The notes under the pieces are model-generated. The model was not told where the DNA came from. It ran no database searches and was given only the letters and a program-made list of their open reading frames with translations. From Camelus dromedarius (Eukaryota): 64,000 nucleotides of DNA. Location of the stretch: contig NC_087447.1 in assembly GCF_036321535.1 (NCBI RefSeq), positions 36,706,001 to 36,770,000 of the forward strand. The letters run 5' to 3'. A program made the position numbers and the translations under genes. Positions 54,095 through 64,000 of this stretch are shown one piece after another. Position 1 is the stretch's first letter; every line of letters begins with the position of its first letter.

Positions 54095-54930
54095 GACTTG
54101 TTTCACTTAGCCTAATCCTTCCAAATTCATTCATGTCATTGCCAATGGCAAGATTTCCTTCTTTTTTATGGTGGAATAATATTTCACTATATATATATTC
54201 ACATATTTATATGTGTGTAAAAAATGTATATATACGTGTGTGTGTGTATAAAACCTATCTCACATTTTCTTTATTCATCCATCTATGAAGTTGCTTTCAT
54301 GTCTTGGCTATTGAAAATAATGCTACAGTGACTGTGGGGGTGCTTTGGATTTTGGCCATTCTAGTAAGCATGTAATGATATCTCACTGTGTATTAATTTG
54401 CAATTCCCTAATAACATATGATGTTGAATATCTTTTCATATGCTTATTTGCCATCTATATGTCTTTTCTGTCAAGGTGTCTATTCAAGCATTTTGCCCAT
54501 TTTTTAAAATCAGGTTTTTCATTTTCTTATTGTTGAGTTTTAAGAGTTTTTTTGCATATTTTGAATAAAAATTCTTTATCAGATACTTCTTTTGCAAATG
54601 TTTTCTCCCAGTCTGTGGCTTGTCTTCTCATTTTCTTGACATTGTCTTTTGCAGAGCAGAAGTTTTAAGCTTTAATGAAGTCAAGTTTATCAATTATTTC
54701 TTTTATGGATCATGCCTTTTAGGTTGTATCAAAAAGTCATTGATCTTTTCAAGGTCATCTAGGTTTTCTCCTACATTATCTTCTAGGATTTTATAGTTTC
54801 TCATTTTACATTTAGGTCAGTAATCCATTTTGAGTTAAACCTTCAGAGTGTAAATTCTATGTCTATGTCTAGATTCATTTTCTTACAGGTTGATATCCAG
54901 TTTGCTCTAGCATGATTTGTTGAAAAGACC
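54095..54930 (-). mobile_element. L1 ORF2 C-terminal and 3' fragments (two joined pieces, junction near 54344)
   Basis: gacttgtttcacttagc...; ttttggccattcta...gcttatttgccatct...ttctcccagtctgtggcttg...tttgttgaaaagac. Confidence 0.85.
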
Positions 54931-54944
54931 TTGAGTATAATGAT

Positions 54945-55540
54945 GTCAAAATCCACACAAGAAGAAAAAGACCATTGAATAGGCCTGTATCTATTAATAA
55001 AATTGAATAAAATTAATAACCTTCCAAGAAAAAAAAGAAAAGAAAAGAAAAGAAAAGCACAATGCCTAGATAGGTTCACTGGTGAATTCTATCAAAGATT
55101 TAAGGAAGTTATTATACTGGACAATCTCTTCTCAAAGATAGAAGCAGAGGAAATACTTTGTAACTCATTCTATGGCTCCAGCATTGCCTTAACATCAAAA
55201 TTAGAGAAAGATGTAGGAAGACTACAGGCCAACATCTGTTATGAATATAGATACAAAAATCCTCAACAAAATATTATCAAGTCAAATCCAAAAGTGTATA
55301 AAAAGAATTATACACCATAACCAAGTGAGGTTTATTTCAGGTATTCAAAGCTGTTTTAACATTCTAAAACCAATTAATGTAATTCATCACATTAACAGAC
55401 TAAAGAAGAAAAATGAAATAACTATATCAATAGATGCAGAAAAATATTTAACAAAAGCCAACATTTATTCATGATAAAAGACTCTTAACAAATTTAGAAT
55501 AGAGAACTTCCTCAACATAATTAATAAACTCTACCAAAAG
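54945..55540 (+). mobile_element. L1 ORF2 reverse-transcriptase N-terminal fragment
   Basis: ORFs 55003-55320 (DRFTGEFYQRFKE) and 55241-55474 ([13 protein letters not shown]...IIHHNQV.FI.G...ISIDAEK). Confidence 0.9.
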
Positions 55541-58500
55541 AACATGGAACATCTCCCCATTTAGTTCTTCTCTGATATTTCCCATCATAGTTTTGTCATT
55601 TTCCTCATATAGATTTTGTACATATTTTGTTAGATTTATTTAAAGAAAGTATTTAATTTTTTTGTGTGGTGCTAATGTAATGCACTGTGGTTTTAGTTTC
55701 AAATTCCGCTTCTTCATTGCTGGTATCTAGGTCCAATGCAATCTTGATCAAAAAAGCCCAGAAGAGCAGAATGTTTAATCTGCTACTGTTGGATGAAGTA
55801 GTCTATAGATGTCTATTATATCCAGTTGAATGATAGAGCTGTTGAGTTCAGCTGTATCCTTACTAATTTTCTGCTGTTGAAACAGTCCATTTCTGATAGA
55901 GGGGTGTTGAAGTCTCCAACTATAAAAGTGAGTTTATCTGTTTCTTCTTGCAGTGTCAGTTTTTGCCTCATGTATTTTGACACTCTGTTGTTAGACACAT
56001 ACATATTAAGGATTATTATATCTTCTTGGAGTATTGGCTCCTTTATCATTATGTAATGCCCCTCTTTATCCTCGATAACTTTTCTTCATTTGAAATCTAG
56101 TCTGTCTGCAAATAATATAGCTACTCCTGATTTTTTTTCCCTTAGTATTAGCATGATATATCTTTCTCATCCCTTTACTTTTAATTTATATGTATTTTTA
56201 TATGTAAAGTGTGTTTCTTTTAGACAACATATTGTTGGGTATTGTTTTTTCATCAACTTGGACAATCTCTTTTAATTTATGTCTTTAGTAGACCGTCGAC
56301 ATGTAAGATGATTTTTTAATAGTTGGATTAATATTTACCATGTTTAGTGTTATTTTCCTATTTGTTATCCCTGTTCTTTGTTCTTATTTTTGTCTTTTAC
56401 ATTTTTTCTGTTTTTTATGTGAGTTCAATTTTGTAGTTTGAATTGATTGAATTGTTCTGCTTTTATATGGTTTAAATGGATTTGATCCCATTTCTTTCCT
56501 TTTTTAGAATATCTGTTTATACTCTTTTTTCCCACATTTTTTAGTACTTGTCCTAGAATTGGTAACTTACATTTACAATAACACTATATTGCTTCATGGG
56601 TAGTGCAAATACCTTTTAATAACAAAATATTCCTAGTTCTTCCCTCTCACCCACTTGTATCATTGCTATCATTTTCCTTATACCTAAGCATACATACACT
56701 CTTTTGTATGGATTTATCCCAGGTATGCGGCTGGTTCAACATTAAAAGATCAATTAATGCAAACAATTACATTTCATTTATACATAGGCATACATATATA
56801 CTTATGTATATGTACATATATATACACATACACCTGTAATCAAGTACATTGTTTCTATGTTATTTTGAATAAACTTAGGTGTTACATCAATTAATGTAAG
56901 AAAAATAAAAGTTTCTAATTTACTTTCACTTATCCTTCAGTGCTCTTCCTTTCTTTATGTAGATCTTAGATACTCACTTATATAATTTCTTGCTCTCTGA
57001 AGAACTTTTAACATTTCTTGCAAGGCAGATCTACTGGCAACTTGTTCCCTCAATATTTTTTTCTTTTCTTGTTTTTTGTCTGTGAAAATCTATCTTTTTC
57101 CTTTACTTTTGAAGGATAGTTTTGCAGGGTATGTAGAATTTTAGATTGGTGGTTTTTTAATTTCAACACTTTAAATATTTCATTCCACTCTCATCTTGTT
57201 TATGTGTTTCTGAGAAGTTAATGCAATTCTTATCTTTGCTCCTCTGTATAGTAAAGTTGTTTTTTCCCCCTGGCTTCGTTCAAGATTTTTTTTTTTTCTT
57301 TATTTGACTTTCGGGAGTTTAAATATTATGTGCCTAGGCTTTGTTTTTATGTTTTGTTTCATTTTGCTTTTTTGCATTTATCCTGTTTGATATTCTTTGA
57401 GCTTCCTTGATCTGTAGTTTAGTGTCTGGCATTATTTTGGGGGAATTCTCAGTCATTATTGCTTTAAATAGTGCTTTTGTTCCTTTCTCCCTTTATTTTC
57501 CTTCTGGTATTCCTATTACACATATGTTACACCTTTGTAGTTGTCCATAGTTCTTGGATATTTTGTTCTAGTTTTGTCCCAGTCTTTTTATTATTTTCTT
57601 TTCAGTTTTAGAAGTTTCTATTATCATATTCTCACACTCAGAGATTCTTTCTTCAGATGTTCCATTCTACCAATGAGTACATCAAAGGCATTCTTCATGT
57701 CTGTAACAGTGTTCTTAATCTCTAGCATCTTTTTTAGATTCTTTCTTAGAATTTCCATCTCTCTGCATATATTATCTATCTGTTTTTGCATGTTGTCTAC
57801 TTTTTCCATTATTGCCCTTAGCATATTAATCAAAGTTTTAAAAAATTCCTGATCTGACAATTCTAACATTCGTGACATATCTGACTCTGATTCTGATGCT
57901 TGTTCAGTCTTTTTAAACTGTAGTTTTTGCTTTAGTATGCTTTTTTTTTTTTTTTTTTTTGCTGTTGAAAGGCAGACCTGATGCACTGGATAAAAGAAAC
58001 TGTGGTAAATAGGCCTTTAGTAATTGAACACTGAGGTATAGGGGGAGAGAGGGAAAGCATTCCCTAGCCCTGTGATTAGGCCTCAGTCTTTTGGTGACTC
58101 TGTGGCCTGGACCATGAACTTCACTAGTGCTTCTCCTTCCTTCCCTTCCCCCTTAGGTGGGACACTTTGGCTGGAGGGGGCTGGAGTTGAGTATTTTTCT
58201 TCTCCCACATGGAAGGCTAGAGGAAGCTGGAGTTGAGTATTTCACTTTCCCAGGTAGGTTAGGGTCTAATAAAACCCTACCATGTTAAGCTCCGGTAAAA
58301 ATAGTTTCTCCTGCATGTAGGCCTCATGAAGATCAGAATGCTCTGGTATATTTCAAAACGGTTACTTTTCCTTTTTCCCTGCTGGAAGCACAAGGGGGTT
58401 GCTCTCCAATATTCACTGTGAAGAACTAGTAGGCTACCTGGAGGTAACACTCACAAAAGTGTAGAATATAATTGGGTCTCCCTGGAAGTTTTAACTTTGA

Positions 58501-58795
58501 GTTGTTTACAGTGAGCCTTCAGTAATTTATCAATTACAGTTTAAATTTTCCTACCTTGGCACTGGTTCCCATAGAAGTTCCTGCCCATGGGTTTCTGCTC
58601 TAGTAATTTATGATTCTCTGTATCCACCTGTCTTTCTCTCCAATACTTGGAGCATTGATTTTCCATGTGGTCTAACTTATCTGATGAATCTAAGAAGAGT
58701 TGTTGATTTTTCAGTTTGTTCAGCTTTAAAATTGTTGTTAAAACACAGTGGCAACTTCTCAGCTCCTCACATGTCTCACTGGAAACCAGAAGTCT
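55541..58795 (-). mobile_element. Old L1 5' half: 5' UTR, ORF1 coiled coil, ORF2 endonuclease, plus a short post-RT piece at 55541-55730
   Basis: Minus ORF 55816-56049 QEDIIILNMYVSN...IVGDFNTPLSEMD (endonuclease); minus ORF 57624-57986 MLELSDQEFFKTLINMLRAIMEKVDNMQKQ (ORF1). Confidence 0.9.
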
Positions 58796-58829
58796 GCTAT
58801 ATATACGTTTTTTTCCCCTTATCTTTTTT

Positions 58830-60890
58830 GTCTACCTAGGATCACCAGGATGATGTTGATTAGATGGGTAGTAGACATTTTTGTCTTGTTCCTGAACTCA
58901 GAAAAAAACATCCTGTGTTTCACCATTAATAATGACGTTTGCTGTAGATACGCAATCAAAATGAGAAAGTACTCTCCTATTCCGAGGTTGCTGAGAGTTC
59001 TTTTTTTTTTAAATCATGAATGGATATTGAATGTTATAAAGTGCTTTAACTGCATCTATTGTAATGACCATATGATTTTTTACCTTTATTATGTAAAGTA
59101 TATTATACTGATTGGTATATGAAACTTTAAGTAAGTTTATATTCCTGGAATACTTCCCACTTGATCCTTCTGAAATATTGTTGGATTATATGTGCTAAAA
59201 TTTTGTTGAGGATTTTTGCATTTATGTTTATGATGGTGATTGGTCTGTAGCTTTCTCTTCTTGACAATTCCCATTTTTGACAATGTACTTGTCAAGGTAT
59301 TGCTGGCCTCATAAAATGAACTGGGCAGTATTTCTTCTTTTTCTGTTACCTGAGAAATTAATATATATTGGTACTATTTCTTCTTTGAATGTTTGGAAAA
59401 CTTCACCAGTGTAGCAATCAGGGCCTAGAGTCACCTCCATGGGAAGGTTTTTGATTATAAATTCAATGTCTTTAGTAGATAAAGAACTATTTTTATTTTC
59501 TATTTTAGTAAGTGATTTTTTTAGGAACTGTCTCTTTTTCACCCAGATTTTCAATTTCATTAGAATAAAGTTGTTGAATCTATCTTATTATACTATCTGT
59601 AGAAATATATAGTAATGCCTCCTTTTTCATTACTAATATTAATAATTTGTTTTCTTTATTGCTTGATCAGTCTTGCTGAAAGTTTATTAATTTCATTGAT
59701 TTTTTTCCAAAGAATTATCTTTTAGTTTTGTTTTGTTCTCTATTGAACTACAGTTATCTGTTTCATTGTATTTCATTGACTTATGCTCTCAGATATTTTT
59801 TTCATCATCCATTATTGGGGGTTTACTTTGTATATTTTCTCTAATTAAGATGGAATTTAGATAACTGATTTTCAATCTTTCTGCTTTTGTAATATTTGCA
59901 AGTTAAATTTTTATAATGCATTATCTGACATTCATATTTTGAGATGTCAGATTTTCATTTTAACTCAGTTCAAAATATTATCTAATGTTCATTGTGATTT
60001 ATTTTTTGTGCCATAGATTGTTTAGTGTGTTTCCTAAATCCTTATTTGGGGATTTTTTAAGTTATCTTCTTATTACCTATTTCTGTTTTGATTCCATTGT
60101 GGTCAGAAACTATACTCTCCATGATTTCAATTTTTGAAATTTGCTTAGACTTGCTTAATCCCTCAACATGTAGTCTATTTGAGTAATTTCCATGTGCACT
60201 TGAACAGAATGTATCTTATGCAATTATTGGGAGTAGTATTTGATATATGTCAATTAGTTAATCTAAGGTAATTATTCTATATTCTATATTATTCTATATT
60301 TTTGTTGATTTTACTCTTATTCTACGGAAGAACCTTTGTTAAAATCTCAACTACGATTGAGGATATGCCTAATTTTTTCTGTCAGCTTTGGTTTCGCTGA
60401 ATGATTATACCAGTTTTAGGATTGCTGGAATGATCCTATATCATTATTAAATGTCTTTTTAACTTCTATTGATATTTCTTGCCTTAAGATATATTGATAT
60501 TAACATATCTATACCAGCTTTTTTTTTTTTTTTTGGCTAATGTTTGTATGACATAAACTTTTTAATCTATTTACTTTTAATCTTTTTGTCTTCTATATAT
60601 AAAGCTTCTCTGTTGTAAAAAACCTAAAGTTGGGTTCTATTTTTCATCCCACTTTGATTATCTTTTTAAAATTTGTCATATTTAGTCCATTTGTATTAAT
60701 ATAATTTCTGATATTTGGTTTTAAGGCTACCATTTTTATTGTTTTCTGCTTACCTTGCTCATCTATTATGTTTCTAATTTCTCAGTTTTTGCTTTTCTTA
60801 TTAATCAAGTATTTTGTTGTTTTACTTTTCTTTCTCTGTGACCTTATTGATACATCATCTTTCATGACTCTTCTAGTGGTTATCCAGCTT
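58830..60890 (-). mobile_element. Old L1 (L1ME-like) ORF2 relic with deletions
   Basis: Minus ORF 59309-59560 KDIEFIIKNLP...GPDCYTGEVFQTFKEEIVPI; ttttgttgaggatttttgcat; ccattgtggtcagaa. Confidence 0.8.
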
Positions 60891-61029
60891 TCCATGTTGA
60901 ACTGTTTGGTTATACTGCTTTGCAAGGAGTAATTAAGGGCTCAAAGCATTCATCAGGTACTTTTGTATCTTTGAAACTGTGATAAGAATGCCACATTGAG
61001 ATAGGATTTAGATGAATTCTCTTTTGTTC

Positions 61030-61195
61030 ACTATCAGCAGAGTGAGCTCTGAGACACCTGTATTTTAAGTCTATGTCACAAAATGTGATCTTGAATAAGT
61101 TACTTTTCTTATCTAGGCTTCAGTTTCTCTGTTTATAGTATGGGGGTATTGACCAGTAAATTCTGCAGAAGCTCTTTTAGCTTTGATATTCTCTT
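61030..61195 (+). mobile_element. Diverged MIR
   Basis: tgtgatcttgaataagttact...ggcttcagtttctctgtttatagtatgggg. Confidence 0.65.
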
Positions 61196-61399
61196 ATACT
61201 GAAAGAGATGACATGGCTTGCCACTGTATCTTATAAAAATCTATGACATTCAAAATCATTTATAAAGATTAGTGGCCCCTCTGCTCCTAAAAAATACCCA
61301 AAATATTAATAGGAAATTAATGGAAAACCCCCTCTATCGTTTTAATAAAGAACTGGTAAAGAATAATTTTTTTGATAACATTGTTTTAAAAAGTAATAT

Positions 61400-63049
61400 T
61401 CTAGTTCTGATTCTGCCATAAAGGAGTAACTGGTAGTGGACTTAATCTACTAATATAAACAAGAAATTTTGATCAGCTCTATGTAACAATTATTTTAAGA
61501 AATTAGAAAACAGGAAGCACAAGACTATAATCCATGCTAGAAGGAAAACAAACAGCCCTAAGAGTACCCTGGCTTTCTACCTGGTGGCATTAGGAGAACC
61601 AACCTGAGTACTAAAGGGCAACCTCACTGAACTGAGCAGTCAGGGATCAGTGACTGGGGAAATTATAGTGGCTATAATTTGCAGGGGTCTCTAAGAATGA
61701 AAGAAGCTGTACAGAGATAGAACTCCTCAAGTCTTCTCAGGGGCCTTCTTGAGTTTTTGGCTGAATACTAATGCTAATACTACATGAATAGATTGTGACT
61801 ACAAGAGGTGGCAAAGAACAATTACTTGGAAGAGAAAAACCAGTAAACTGCAAAACTATCAGGGTTCATACGCTATAGGGATACATTTAAGTTCCAACTT
61901 TCTATAGTGCAATGTCTTCATTAAACACCCAGGACATTCAGTGAAGACCCAGAAAAGCCATACATTTCGAGTAAGGGTAAATTAGCCCTAGAGTAATTGA
62001 TACTCTATATCTACCATAACAAACCTTAACAAGAAGCCTCAAAAGGATCAAGATGATCTGTGAGTAAATGAATACGCATCAGAAGAAAATTCATACTATT
62101 TAAAGGAAAGGAACAAATTCCAGACACTCAGCAATATAATATATATATTGTCCAATATCCATTAAAAACACCAGACATATGAAGAACAGGAAAATATAAC
62201 CTGTAAGCATGAGAAAAAAAATCAGTAGAAACTCAGAAACTACAGAGATAATAGAATTAAAATTGCTATTATAAATATGTTAAAGAATTTAAAGAAAAAC
62301 ATGAATATAATGAAAGGAAAATGGAAACAATAAAAAGGAACACTTAGAAATATAAGAAGTGAAAAATATATCTGAAATGCAAAAAAAAAAAAACAAACCT
62401 TGAAGGACTTAAATGCCGCTAATTAGCTGTAGATTAAAAAATTAGTTAAACTAAAGACAGTATAATAGAAACCATCCAAACAGGAGCATAGAGATAAAAA
62501 GACAGAAGAAAAAAATAAACAAAGCCTCATAGCTTTTAAGAAATAATGGTGTACCATATGTAAAATTAGAGTAGCTAAAGAGGATAGACAAAATATATAT
62601 TTTTTGAAGAAAACAATGGCTGAAAAAATTCCAAATTTGCCAAAAAATATAAATCTCCAAGAACAAGGAGGATAAACACAAAGAAAAAAATATATCAAAG
62701 CACATCAAAGTAAAATTGCTGAAAAATAATGAAAAAGAACCTTAAAAGTGGCCAAAGATACATTGTTTGTAGTGAGGCAAAAGTAGAAATTATCCCTGAC
62801 TTCACATCAGAAAAAAGAAAAGTTGGAAACATTGCAATGGCATCTTTTGGTATCCTAAAGAGGAAAAAAGTAACCTATATTTAGCAAAACTATTCTTCAA
62901 ATCTGAGGTGAAATAAAGACATTTCAGACAAACAAAAGTTCAGAGAATTTACTGCCAGCAAGTTTTCACCACAGAAAAAATTTAAAAATCTTGTCAGCTA
63001 ACAGAAAATAATTCTTGATGAAAACTTAGGTTTTTAAAAAGAAATGAAT
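61400..63049 (+). mobile_element. Old L1 (L1ME-like) 5' UTR plus ORF1 relic
   Basis: aattgctattataaatatgttaaagaatttaaagaaaaacatgaa; atggctgaaaaaattccaaatttg; ctgacttcacatcagaaa; gagaatttactgccagca. Confidence 0.75.
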
Positions 63050-64000
63050 AGACTTAAAAAAATGGAAAGATATCCCATGCTCCTGGATTGGAAGAATCAA
63101 TATTGTTAAAATAGTCATACTGCTCTAGGCAGTCTACAGATGTAATGCAATCCCTATCAAATTACCCAGGACATATTTCACAGAACTAGAATAAATCATA
63201 GTAAAATTTATATGGAATCACAAAAGACCTAGAATTGCCAAAGCATTACTAGAGAAAAAGAAAGAGGCTGGAGGAATACCTCTCCCAAACTTCAGACAAT
63301 ACTACAGAGCTACAGTAATCAAAACAGCATGGTATTGGTACAAAAACAGACATATGCACCAATGGAACAGAATAGAGAGTCCAGAAATGAACCTACAAAC
63401 TTTTGGTCAACTAATCTTTGGCAAAGGAGGCAAGAACATACAATGGAATAAAGACAGTCTCTTCAACAAATGGTGTTGGGAAAACTGGACAGCAGCATGT
63501 AAATCAATGAAGCTAGAACACTCCCTTACACCATACACAAAAATAAACTCAAAATGATCAAAGACTTAAACATAAGACAAGATACAATAAACCACCTAGA
63601 AGAAAACATAGGCAAAACATTATCTCACATACATCTCAAAAATGTTCTCCTAGGGCAGTCTACCCAAGCAATAGAAATAAAAGCAGGAATAAACAAATGG
63701 GGCCTAATTAAACTTACAAGCTTTTGCACAGCAAAGGAGACCATAAGCAAAACAAAACGACAACCTACGGAATGGGAGAAAATTTTTGCAAAAGATGAAA
63801 CTGACAAAGGCTTGATCTCCAGAACATATAAGTAACTCACATGACTTAATAAGAAAAAAACAAACAACCCAATCCAAAAATGGGCAGAAGATCTAAGCAA
63901 GCAATTCTCCAATGATGACATACAAATGGCCAATAGGCACATGAAAAAAAATGCTCAATATCACTAATTATCAGAGAAATGCAAATCAAAACTACAGTGA
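63050..64000 (+). mobile_element. Young L1 ORF2 (post-RT region), disrupted, runs off the window end
   Basis: QWNRIESPE...[26 protein letters not shown]; frameshift near 63555 and stop at 63833-63835. Confidence 0.95.

Noticed and set aside
3179..63942. ORF-track entries as protein-coding genes
   Set aside because: All are 60-126 aa and many use non-ATG starts. The recognisable ones are L1 ORF1/ORF2 fragments or their antisense; the rest show no domain I recognise.
61400..64000. Intact or active full-length L1
   Set aside because: A chimera of two ages: ORF1 is decayed, the endonuclease and RT domains are absent, and the ORF2 piece has a frameshift and a stop.

Overview
This is AT-rich, CpG-depleted eutherian genomic DNA with no recognisable protein-coding exon, RNA gene or prokaryotic-type system. 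Every interpretable entry in the ORF track is either a decayed LINE-1 ORF1/ORF2 fragment, an antisense reading of one, or a microsatellite artefact. The repeat set (MIR, L2, MER5A/Charlie, MLT1, old L1M, several young L1s sharing one 3' UTR, and a tRNA-derived SINE of the camelid Vic-1 type, with no Alu, Bov-A/Bov-tA or PRE1 seen) points to a camelid genome; this is an inference. There are three zones: mixed old repeats (1-13 kb); a repeat-poor block with retained-CpG patches and good splice motifs (13-35 kb, almost TE-free over 13.0-26.6 kb); and a dense nested LINE-1 pile-up (43-64 kb). It is probably inside a large intron of a + strand gene that I cannot name. I did not find a previously undescribed biological system. 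The best leads are the TE-free block, candidate antisense exons, a CpG-retaining hairpin, a duplicated perfect palindrome and several L1 rearrangements. Subfamily names are from memory of consensus sequences, and boundaries of old repeats are approximate.
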